From the NCBI GenBank assembly GCA_030610765.1, contig JAUWRD010000002.1, positions 1-47,065 of the forward strand: a stretch of DNA of 47,065 nucleotides, in the 5' to 3' direction. Made by a program: the position numbers and the translations under genes. Origin of the DNA: Actinomycetes bacterium (GTDB taxonomy: Bacteria > Actinomycetota > Aquicultoria > CAJVYJ01 > JAUVQD01). The first letter of the stretch is position 1. Each line of letters opens with the position of its first letter. The notes under the pieces are model-generated. The model saw only the letters and a list, made by a program, of their open reading frames with translations, had not been told where the DNA came from and did not search any database. Below are positions 1 to 7,702 of this stretch, piece after piece.

Positions 1-158
1 GTTTCCACAAAACCCGTTGGCGCCTTATAGAGAATTCCGGCAACCGTCATTAGCGGGATTTGCACAGACCCGATTGAGACCCCGACTATGACCGCTAACA
101 CTAAGGCCAAGGAAAGAGCTACGAGAATTAGATAACGTGTCTTTCTTTTAAGCCCCAC
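1..158 (-). CDS. ABC transporter permease, FecCD/BtuC family (N-terminal fragment; the gene runs off the window start)
   Basis: My own minus-strand translation from the GTG at 158 gives VGLKRKTRYLILVALSLALVLAVIVGVSIGSVQIPLMTVAGILYKAPTGFVE. This is a typical N-terminus and first TM of a FecCD-type permease. It starts 10 nt after the stop of the upstream binding-protein gene. Confidence 0.6.
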   Translation of the reverse strand, partial: MGLKRKTRYLILVALSLALVLAVIVGVSIGSVQIPLMTVAGILYKAPTGFVE

Positions 159-167
159 AACTATCCT

Positions 168-1157
168 TTAATCTTTAAATATTTCCGGATGTATTGATTT
201 TGCCACCTGCTCCAAACCTTCTACAACACGAGGGCCCGGGCGGTTTATCAAGTTTTCATCCAACACAAAGACTTTTCCGTCTTTTACAGCCGACAATGCT
301 TCCCAGCCAGGCCGATTTATTAGATCGCCCGGATCGGTCATGCTCCCGGATGCGGCCAGATAAACTTGCGGGTCTTCATTGACAAGAGTTTCCAAACTAA
401 ATTGCGGGTAGGCTTCTTTTGAGGGAGCGGCTATGTTCCGGCCGCCCGCGATTGAGATCATATCCCCAATGAATGTTGCCGACCCGGCGCTCATTAACGG
501 ATCGTTGTAGAGCTCAAAGAAGACCTTTGGTCGTTCGCTTTTTTTGATATCCTTAGTTCGTGATCGAACATCTTCGATTTTAGCAGTGATCTTATCCGCA
601 AGTTTCTTGGCTTGACTATCGCTGCCGGTTATTTTGCCAACTTTTTCAATGGCAGAAGCAATGTCATTTAAGTTTTGCGACTCTAACGCAAAGACGGTTA
701 TTTTTAGCCTTTTCAGCTCTGCCACGGCATCAGCTTGCATGCTCGCCACAGATAAAACCAGGTCAGGGTCGAGCGCCACGATTTTTTCGATATTCGGCTT
801 CGAAAATCCACCGACCTTCTCTTTGTCTGCCGCTTCTTTTGGATAATCGCTGAAATCATCGACTCCGACAATTTTGTCCTCGAGCCCAAGGGCAAAAAGG
901 ATTTCGGTATTACTCGGGGAAAGAGACACTATCTTCATTACTTGTTTCTTGATCACCACTTTTTGACCGGTGTCATCCTTGACAGATATTGGATACGCGC
1001 CGTTTGATATATCCTCTCCCGACGTCTGCTTTGCCGGACTTTTGCAACTCGCCAAACCCAGCGCGAATACCCCAACGAAAACTACTACAACGATCTTCTT
1101 AACTACGCCTTGCACAATTACTCCTCCTCGAGTAGATGGCCAAAACGCCTCGCGCAA
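168..1157 (-). CDS. ABC transporter substrate-binding lipoprotein, BtuF/iron-siderophore (Peripla_BP_2) type, probably for cobalamin or a corrinoid
   Basis: The 329-aa ORF has the lipobox LGLASC after a hydrophobic signal. Family-typical motifs include IVSLSPSNTEILFALG and DPDLV. It sits behind a cobalamin riboswitch. The likely true start is the GTG at 1115 (VQGVVKKIVV...), directly preceded by GAGGAGGAG. Confidence 0.85.
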   Translation of the reverse strand: MREAFWPSTRGGVIVQGVVKKIVVVVFVGVFALGLASCKSPAKQTSGEDISNGAYPISVKDDTGQKVVIKKQVMKIVSLSPSNTEILFALGLEDKIVGVDDFSDYPKEAADKEKVGGFSKPNIEKIVALDPDLVLSVASMQADAVAELKRLKITVFALESQNLNDIASAIEKVGKITGSDSQAKKLADKITAKIEDVRSRTKDIKKSERPKVFFELYNDPLMSAGSATFIGDMISIAGGRNIAAPSKEAYPQFSLETLVNEDPQVYLAASGSMTDPGDLINRPGWEALSAVKDGKVFVLDENLINRPGPRVVEGLEQVAKSIHPEIFKD

Positions 1158-1189
1158 GGAGCAATGAAAAAAACCTCAGCTGTCGCCAA

Positions 1190-1420
1190 GGTCACAATTA
1201 ATTTTATTTTCATATTTGCTCACCTCAATCCGCGAAGGCATCACATTCTAGGCAGGTCTCCTGACTTCTAGGCTCAAATGTCCTAGTCACAGTGGCGGGT
1301 CCGTGGCCGAATTTCACGGCCTTCCCTATTCTCCTAAACCGCTTAGCGCTAACTCTTTTAACGGCTTGGCACCTGGAACTTTTCTCATAACCACCGGCTT
1401 TGCCAGCGGTTATTACAACG
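1190..1420 (-). promoter_or_regulatory. Cobalamin (B12) riboswitch in the leader of the binding-protein/permease operon
   Basis: The minus strand reads ...AATAGGGAAGGCCGTGAAATTCGGCCACGGACCCGCCACTGTG...GAAGTCAGGAGACCTGCC.... This contains the GCCACTG core (plus coordinates 1290..1296) and the B12 box AGTCAGGAGACCTGCC (plus 1251..1266). A candidate -10 TACTAT lies at 1426..1431. The outer boundaries are approximate. Confidence 0.85.
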
Positions 1421-1487
1421 AGGTCATAGTAGCACAACAATCAGAAACAAGTAAACAAACCCGGGAGAAAGACCTCCTGCGCGCTCG

Positions 1488-2318
1488 CTATTCCCGCGTG
1501 TGGTCGTGATCATGCTCGTCTCGATGGGTGTGTTCGTGTTGATGGCTCTTGTCGCCGTGCTCATGCCAGTGCTCATGAATTAGATTCACTTTTTCAAGCA
1601 ACTCTTTATCAGCCAGAAGATCGGCAGGCGAGCCGTCTGCGACAATTTTGTGATCTTGATCCAGAATCACGGCCCGGGTTGCGAATTGGGCGGCAACTTC
1701 CAGATCCTGGGTGGCTAGAACTATAGTCTTGCCTGCCTCGCCGAGTTGGTTTAGAAGATCTATAAGCCAACTTTTAGATCGTGGGTCAAGATTGTTTGTC
1801 GGCTCATCCGCTAAGAGAATCTCCGGACCCGTAGCCAGCGAGCTGGCTAAAGCCACTTTCTTTTTTTCTCCGCCACTCAATTGGTGAGGCTGCGAGTCTT
1901 TCAGGTGAATCAGATCGAGCATTTTCAATATCTCCTCAGCCCGAGCAACGGCAACGTTTGGGGCAATATCAAGTTGAAGCGGACCAAACGACACTTCCTC
2001 TAAGACAGTGGAAGAAAAAAGCTGGATATCTGAATCTTGAAAAACAAAAGCCACCCACCGACGGAAATCAGCGGCAAACTCTCCCTTTTCAAGCACTTCT
2101 TCAGTAACGGTTTGACCGAAGGCGGTAAAGCTGCCAGAGGTCGGGAAAAGCAGGCCGTCAAATATCTTGAGTAGAGTGGACTTCCCGCAACCGTTCGGCC
2201 CGAGGATTACTAGTTTCTCGGCCCTGGCTAATGACAGGTTGATCTGGTTAAGTGCAGGCCGCCCACCGGAATAGTTAAACGAAACATCTTCTAAATGAAA
2301 AACAGGATTAGCGGTCAC
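1488..2318 (-). CDS. cbiO: ECF Ni/Co transporter ATP-binding component (CbiO/NikO) with a His-rich C-terminal tail
   Basis: It has Walker A GPNGCGKST, the signature LSGGEKKK and Walker B ILLADEP. The last ~29 aa are HEHWHEHGDKSHQHEHTHRDEHDHDHTRE. It lies in an operon with the Q and M components. Confidence 0.9.
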   Translation of the reverse strand: MTANPVFHLEDVSFNYSGGRPALNQINLSLARAEKLVILGPNGCGKSTLLKIFDGLLFPTSGSFTAFGQTVTEEVLEKGEFAADFRRWVAFVFQDSDIQLFSSTVLEEVSFGPLQLDIAPNVAVARAEEILKMLDLIHLKDSQPHQLSGGEKKKVALASSLATGPEILLADEPTNNLDPRSKSWLIDLLNQLGEAGKTIVLATQDLEVAAQFATRAVILDQDHKIVADGSPADLLADKELLEKVNLIHEHWHEHGDKSHQHEHTHRDEHDHDHTRE

Positions 2319-3227
2319 TTAAAAAACCACCGAGGCAGTGACGACAACAGCCAGACAACCCATCGCCAGCCAATCAGCGCGCTTTAGAGCGGGCAGGGGC
2401 AGTGCGTTATATCCGCCAGTCCAGCCGCGAGAAATCATAGCTGTTGTAACTTGATCTCCCAGATAAACGCTTCTCTTGAATATCCACCCGATGCGCCCGG
2501 CTGCCCAGGCCCTCTCAGACTTGGCGTCGCCCGTCCTGATGGTTCGGCTTTTTCTGGCCAAGAAAACATTGTTTGTCAGCTCTGTGAGAATAAAGAGATA
2601 CCTGTACGTCATCCGCAACAGAAGAACTGCCAGCTTTGGTATGCGCAACGCCGACAAAGAAGCAAAAGCAAGATGTGGCGGCGTGGTTCGCATAACCAAC
2701 TGAGTCGCCGAAAGCATAGCGAGCGCCCTGGTGAAAAAAGTCGCGGCCATAACCAGGCCCGTGTTCGTAATAGTCAATTGCGAAGATGGCGTTAACCAGA
2801 GAATCTGATTTGGCAGATTAACTAAGAACAAAATGGGCTTCCCCGGAGTCACAAGATTTAGCGTCATCGGCAAGACAAAAGGCATTGAGAAAACAATAGT
2901 CGGGCCAAGAGTCACTCTAAGATATTTGCCGATATCCAACCGCGATATAAATGAAGTTGCCAATATTGCAACATATATCCCAAGAATAACCGGAATGGTT
3001 GTAGACAAACTTAACGCTACCAAAAGAAATAACAGGCTGGCCATTTTTATTCGCGGATCAAGTTTTTGAAGCAGACCGTCGTTTACCGGGGGCTTATTTA
3101 CCAGCAAAAACTCACTTAAGAATTTTCGCGATGTTTTTTCAGCCCGGTTGATGAAGGTCTTTCTTAACTCGCGTCTTCCATGCGACACGGCCGCTGTTTC
3201 CTCTAAAAGCCATCTCGGGGTTTTCAT
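2319..3227 (-). CDS. cbiQ: ECF transporter transmembrane (T) component, CbiQ/NikQ
   Basis: This is a 302-aa polytopic membrane protein. It is abutted by the ATPase stop/start and overlaps the M component by 4 nt. It has a CbiQ-like ARKSR loop. Confidence 0.8.
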   Translation of the reverse strand: MKTPRWLLEETAAVSHGRRELRKTFINRAEKTSRKFLSEFLLVNKPPVNDGLLQKLDPRIKMASLLFLLVALSLSTTIPVILGIYVAILATSFISRLDIGKYLRVTLGPTIVFSMPFVLPMTLNLVTPGKPILFLVNLPNQILWLTPSSQLTITNTGLVMAATFFTRALAMLSATQLVMRTTPPHLAFASLSALRIPKLAVLLLRMTYRYLFILTELTNNVFLARKSRTIRTGDAKSERAWAAGRIGWIFKRSVYLGDQVTTAMISRGWTGGYNALPLPALKRADWLAMGCLAVVVTASVVF

Positions 3228-3919
3228 GACGGCGGGCTCACTGGTCTATTTGCGAGCGTCCGCACTCGCCAACCGCTCTTCTGAAGCTGCCGCAGAATCA
3301 AAGCCGTCAATATACCTTCAACCGCTCCAAAAAAGAGCAGGTTAGCCCCCGCAACCAACGGAATAACCACATGCAACGGATATGGCGCATAGAGCGGCTG
3401 GCCGCCTGACGTCGCGATTAACGGTTGGATTCCTATAAGCACGCCCTGAAAAAGCGAGGCTACACTTAGTCCGATATATCCGGCCAGAAAGGCGCCAATG
3501 TATTTGTGAAGGCGAAGCCGACTGTTTTCTCCGGACAAGAAACGAAATATATAGAAAGCCGAAAACGGCATCAGAAAAGCGAGCGCAAAGCAATTAGCAG
3601 CCAGTGCCGTAACGCCGCCGTCTCCAAAAACAAATGCTTGAATAGCTAGAGCCGTGGAAATGGAAACCATCGCTGCCCAGGGGCCGAGCAATATGCCCAA
3701 CAAAGCGCCGCCAACCATATGGCCGGATCCGACAATCGGCACAGGTATATCGAACATCATAAGAGCAAAAGAGAACGCGCTCCCGACGGCCATCAACCCC
3801 AAATGTTTCTTTGGAAGTTCTTCTTGTACTTTGCGAAGGGCAAGATACCAAAGAGGACTGATCGCCGCGTATGTCGCAGCGTATGTTTGCGGCCCTAGAT
3901 ACCCATCAGGAATATGCAT
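3224..3919 (-). CDS. cbiM: ECF Ni/Co substrate-capture component, CbiM/NikM
   Basis: The N-terminus MHIPDGYL is the hallmark metal-ligating N-terminus of the CbiM/NikM family. The protein is a 231-aa multi-TM protein encoded immediately downstream of nikR. Confidence 0.85.
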   Translation of the reverse strand: MHIPDGYLGPQTYAATYAAISPLWYLALRKVQEELPKKHLGLMAVGSAFSFALMMFDIPVPIVGSGHMVGGALLGILLGPWAAMVSISTALAIQAFVFGDGGVTALAANCFALAFLMPFSAFYIFRFLSGENSRLRLHKYIGAFLAGYIGLSVASLFQGVLIGIQPLIATSGGQPLYAPYPLHVVIPLVAGANLLFFGAVEGILTALILRQLQKSGWRVRTLANRPVSPPS

Positions 3920-3946
3920 ATTGCTTTCCCTTTCAATAAAAAACTT

Positions 3947-4363
3947 TTATGTCAACGCTTTACCCGTTGACGTCGCCACAAGCTTGCCGTGCTTGACGCC
4001 CTTGGCGCTGATTAGTTGTTCCGCGACCCTTCTTATTTCCCCACTTTTGCCTTTTAGCACCACAGCTTCCAAGCAATTATTATCATCGAGGTGAATATGG
4101 AGCGTCGAAACCATCGCTTGACCAAAATGATGTTGGATATGGGTGAGTTGATGTGAAAGCTCTCTTTGCTCATGATCGTAGACCACAGTTACCACGCCGA
4201 CTACTTCATTTTCACTATCTTTCCACTCGTCATCGACCAGGCTGTCGCGCATTAAATCTCGCACAGCTTCAGAGCGGTTAGCATAGCCTTTTTTCTTGAT
4301 CATCTGATCAAACTTTTTTACGAGTGTCTCATCAATTGAGACACCGAAGCGCGACAAACCCAT
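3947..4363 (-). CDS. nikR: Nickel-responsive transcriptional regulator NikR (ribbon-helix-helix plus ACT-like metal domain)
   Basis: The protein aligns along its full length with E. coli NikR from memory: RFGVSIDETLVKKFD...GYANRSEAVRDLMR, then VYDHEQRELS...IQHH...LHIHLDDNNCLE, which carries the His/Cys Ni ligands. Confidence 0.9.
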   Translation of the reverse strand: MGLSRFGVSIDETLVKKFDQMIKKKGYANRSEAVRDLMRDSLVDDEWKDSENEVVGVVTVVYDHEQRELSHQLTHIQHHFGQAMVSTLHIHLDDNNCLEAVVLKGKSGEIRRVAEQLISAKGVKHGKLVATSTGKALT

Positions 4364-4373
4364 ATCTTTACCT

Positions 4374-4438
4374 TTAGTAGCACGTTTTGCATATTAGTAG
4401 CACTAATGAATTATGGGATATTTTTGAGTCGGATGCAA
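4374..4438 (-). promoter_or_regulatory. Predicted nikR promoter with a duplicated 10-bp box (candidate NikR operator)
   Basis: On the minus strand there is a -35 TTGCAT (4433..4438), a 17-nt spacer and a -10 CATAAT (4410..4415). GTGCTACTAA occurs twice exactly 20 bp apart (4394..4403 and 4374..4383). The first copy lies inside the palindrome ATTAGTGCTACTAAT at the predicted transcription start. Confidence 0.45.
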
Positions 4439-4685
4439 GAGAGGGGGCAGGATAGCAGGCGCCTCGAAAATCAAGTGGTTAAGTCTGGAGTTGGTTTTCG
4501 TGCGACTTTGAGCCGAGGCCGAGGATAACGCCGCAGACGGCTGAAGTTGAAGCCATGACACATCCTGACAATTGTCGGATACAAGGCGGACGCAGGGTTA
4601 GGCGAAGGAACATACGTTTAAGTATGTGACTGAAGCCGAATCCAAGGATAACGCAGCAGACGACATCTGTCAGGATGTGTCAACG

Positions 4686-4713
4686 CAAAAAGGCACCGCT
4701 TAGCGCAGTGCCT
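4686..4713 (-). terminator. Rho-independent terminator downstream of ftsZ
   Basis: The minus strand reads AGGCACTGCGCTAAGCGGTGCCTTTTTG, a GC-rich stem-loop followed by a T-run. It lies about 47 nt after the ftsZ stop. Confidence 0.7.
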
Positions 4714-4759
4714 ACCTGCAATCAATCAAAAGAGGGACTACTTGTCCTGTATTCCCTGT

Positions 4760-5836
4760 TTAGCTGTCCTTATTTCGAAGGAAAGTCGGAATCTCGAACT
4801 CTTCTTCCGACTCAAAAATCTTTGGCTGCAGCTTCTCTTTTGTTGTTGGGGTTGATAGTTCTAATTTCTCTTGTCTTTTCACGTGATCAAAACCAGTCGC
4901 GATAACTGTTACGCGAACCTCATCACCAAGTGAGTCATCAATGACAGCGCCAAAAATGATATTTGCGTCAGGATGAGCAGCGTTGGCAATAATCTCCGCG
5001 GCTTCGTTCACTTCGTAAAGGCCAATATCTGATGGGCCGGAGACATTTAGAAGAACGCCCTGAGCACCCTCAATTGAGGCCTCCAGAAGCGGACTTGATA
5101 TAGCGGCTTGCGCAGCTTCGGCTCCCCGGTCATCGCCTGTTGACCTTCCAATTCCCATTAGGGCCGAGCCGGCGTTTGCCATGATCGTTCTGATGTCGGC
5201 AAAATCTAGATTAATTAGCCCGGGTACAGTTATTAGATCGGTTATACCTTGCACGCCCTGACGTAGTACATCGTCGGCGACGCGAAACGCGTCAAGTATA
5301 GATGTTTTCTTTTCGGCGACCTGAAGTAGTCTGTCATTCGGTATTATTATTAGTGTATCAACTTTTTCACGCAGCTCGGCAATCCCTTGCTCGGCTTGGA
5401 GCGACCTTTTTCTACCTTCAAAACCAAACGGCCGTGTAACAACTCCAACCGTTAGCGCGCCCATTTCTTTTGCGATTTCCGCAATTACTGGTGCTCCACC
5501 GGTTCCGGTTCCGCCGCCTTTTCCAGCGGTCACAAAAACCATGTCTGCGCCTTTTATGGCTTCTTTTATTTCTTCACGGCTTTCTTCGGCGGCCGCAGAG
5601 CCAACTTCCGGATCCGCGCCAGCGCCTAAGCCTTTTGTTAATTCACGGCCAATTTGAACTTTATAATCAGCATCCGACATCAAAAGCGATTGTGCGTCTG
5701 TGTTGATCGAAATAAATTCTACGCCTTTGAGCCCAGCCTCTATCATTCGATTTACGGCGTTTGTTCCCCCGCCGCCTATCCCGGCAACCTTAATAACAGC
5801 CAGGTAGTTTGAACCGGTATCTACCACTTGCACCAC
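4760..5836 (-). CDS. ftsZ: Cell division GTPase FtsZ
   Basis: It carries the tubulin signature [14 protein letters not shown], an N-terminal [17 protein letters not shown], a GTG start and the SD AAGGAG. Confidence 0.98.
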   Translation of the reverse strand: MVQVVDTGSNYLAVIKVAGIGGGGTNAVNRMIEAGLKGVEFISINTDAQSLLMSDADYKVQIGRELTKGLGAGADPEVGSAAAEESREEIKEAIKGADMVFVTAGKGGGTGTGGAPVIAEIAKEMGALTVGVVTRPFGFEGRKRSLQAEQGIAELREKVDTLIIIPNDRLLQVAEKKTSILDAFRVADDVLRQGVQGITDLITVPGLINLDFADIRTIMANAGSALMGIGRSTGDDRGAEAAQAAISSPLLEASIEGAQGVLLNVSGPSDIGLYEVNEAAEIIANAAHPDANIIFGAVIDDSLGDEVRVTVIATGFDHVKRQEKLELSTPTTKEKLQPKIFESEEEFEIPTFLRNKDS

Positions 5837-5994
5837 TCCTTACTCTATCTAAGCCTTAAGCCTCAAGTATACCTTTATACCCGATAGACTAACCATTGAC
5901 TCAAACCTTAACGTAACGATTATTTAAATGCAAGGCATAATTTTGACAAAGGGGCTGTTGTATGTTGGTAAGTAGAACCTCTAGCGAACGCTTG

Positions 5995-6762
5995 TTATCG
6001 TTCGAGACCGCGAACGACAGGATTTGCCGGCACCGTCACATTGATGTGGACAATGCGTTCATCAGCTTCAGCAAGTATCTTCTTGATCAAGAAGTTCTTT
6101 TTCACCGCATCAAGAGAGCTGCCATAGATTATCTCTAGACCATCAGAGGTTTGAAAGCTCATATTGTCTAGCGACGGGACGGAGACCCAAGTGATCTTCG
6201 ACCGCAAATCCGGCTCTAGCCCTCTCAAGCTGGTTAGTACATCAAGCAGCTTTTTATTATTGTATTTGGATCCAACCTTAGTTTTTCTCATTCTGATGTC
6301 ATTGATTATTAGAGTCTTCTTGTCGGCCAGGGCGCGTTTCTTTTGCAGCACAAATCCCCTTCTGTCGAGAATCACTAACCCGCCGGGCTGTTTTAAGGCA
6401 ACAAAGGGCTCGCGTTCAGTAACTTGAATTACGAGACGATTCGGCAGATTCCGGGATAAGCGCGCTTTCTTTATCCAGGGATGACGCTTCAGTTTTGCTT
6501 CAATCTTGGCCGTTGATATCTTCAACAGGCTAGTGTCGGCATCAGTGTCGGCTAGCGCAACTACTTCTTTGGCGGAAAGACGTTTATTGCCTGAGACAGT
6601 CACGCTTTTTACCAGCCAGAAGGTTGAGTTCCAGACAAGGAAGCCTCCGACCACGATCGCGATTAATACAAAGACTACAGAAAATATATTCAGGGCATGC
6701 CGAGTCCTGGTGCGCCGTATCTTTTCATGTCGACGCTTCCTGGCTTCCTCAACGTGCGGCAT
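5995..6762 (-). CDS. ftsQ: Cell division protein FtsQ/DivIB (single TM plus POTRA domain)
   Basis: It has a basic N-terminus, one TM helix (IFSVVFVLIAIVVGGFLVW), then a POTRA-like VTVSGNKRLSAKEV. Its position between murB and ftsZ fits. Confidence 0.85.
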   Translation of the reverse strand: MPHVEEARKRRHEKIRRTRTRHALNIFSVVFVLIAIVVGGFLVWNSTFWLVKSVTVSGNKRLSAKEVVALADTDADTSLLKISTAKIEAKLKRHPWIKKARLSRNLPNRLVIQVTEREPFVALKQPGGLVILDRRGFVLQKKRALADKKTLIINDIRMRKTKVGSKYNNKKLLDVLTSLRGLEPDLRSKITWVSVPSLDNMSFQTSDGLEIIYGSSLDAVKKNFLIKKILAEADERIVHINVTVPANPVVRGLER

Positions 6763-7684
6763 AAGACCAATCCCCTATTATCTTGACTTCCGGCTCCAGT
6801 TTGATGCCTGAAGCCGCTTCAACCTTGGCCGCAACATCCTGCATTAGCAAATAGAAATCCGCGGCGGTTGCTCCGCCCGTATTCATAAAGAAATTTGCGT
6901 GTTTCCCGGAAACCTGTGCTCCTCCGATTGTCTGACCCTTGCAACCAGCCGCCTCTATAAGTCTACCAGCTGCATCGTCGGCAGGATTTTTGAACATACT
7001 ACCGGCATTCGGCAGCTCCGAGGGCTGATTTGTTTTTCGTCGGCGCCAGTTCGTTTCCATCTGCGATTTGATTATCTCAGCCGACGATAGACTCAACGCT
7101 AACGTCGCTTCGACTACAATTGCGTTCTTTGGCAGCCCCGACGTTCTATAGCCAAAGTCTAAATAATCATGACCTTGGCGCTGGAGTTGCAAGTCTTCTG
7201 TATAGTAGGTGACATTTCTAACTATGTCACCTACAGCGGCACCGTGGGCACCAGCATTAATCGCTATAGCTGCTCCTAAGGTACCAGGGATGCCAACAGC
7301 AAAGGTTAGGCCTCCCAGGCTATTTTTAAGGGCTGATTGTACAAGCGAGGTCAAGGTAACGGCGGCCCCGGCTGTGATCTCATTTTTTTTCACCGCGGTT
7401 TGGTTAAAGTCTTGGCCTAACTGGAAAACTACGCCCCTAAAACCGTTATCGCTTACGAGGATGTTTGACCCCCGCCCCAATATTAGCGAGGGCAGCTCAA
7501 AATCTCTCACGACCTGAAGTACGACTCTGAGCTCAGCTAAAGTGTCAACGGATAAAAAGATAGAAGCCGGCCCGCCAACACGCAAAGTTGTCATTTTAGC
7601 CAATACTTTGTCTGTCGCCAACTTACCCGGTATGAGTTTAGTCAGGCGCTCCTGTGCTTTTTTTATGATGTAATCGTTACTCAT
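6749..7684 (-). CDS. murB: UDP-N-acetylenolpyruvoylglucosamine reductase MurB
   Basis: It has the FAD-binding pattern TTLRVGGPA...LGRGSNILV and a C-terminal SGKHANF motif. It sits in dcw context. Confidence 0.95.
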   Translation of the reverse strand: MSNDYIIKKAQERLTKLIPGKLATDKVLAKMTTLRVGGPASIFLSVDTLAELRVVLQVVRDFELPSLILGRGSNILVSDNGFRGVVFQLGQDFNQTAVKKNEITAGAAVTLTSLVQSALKNSLGGLTFAVGIPGTLGAAIAINAGAHGAAVGDIVRNVTYYTEDLQLQRQGHDYLDFGYRTSGLPKNAIVVEATLALSLSSAEIIKSQMETNWRRRKTNQPSELPNAGSMFKNPADDAAGRLIEAAGCKGQTIGGAQVSGKHANFFMNTGGATAADFYLLMQDVAAKVEAASGIKLEPEVKIIGDWSYAAR

Positions 7685-7702
7685 GTGGCAAAACCAACTG
7701 GC

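Noticed and set aside
4501-4662. The direct repeats in the ftsZ-nikR spacer, considered as a mini CRISPR array or as small peptide genes.
   Set aside because: There are only two imperfect copies, no cas genes and no regular repeat-spacer periodicity. The short ORFs overlapping the two repeat copies are in different frames, so no peptide is conserved.
4556-4682. The 15-bp-stem element as a NiCo (czcD-type) riboswitch, given the adjacent nickel genes.
   Set aside because: I cannot reproduce the NiCo consensus from memory well enough to match it. The element also lies upstream of the predicted nikR promoter. I left it as an open structured element that needs a covariance-model search.
4675-4905. 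A 76-aa plus-strand ORF spanning the ftsZ terminator and the 3' end of ftsZ.
   Set aside because: It lies antisense to ftsZ and to its terminator hairpin, with no SD and no family resemblance.
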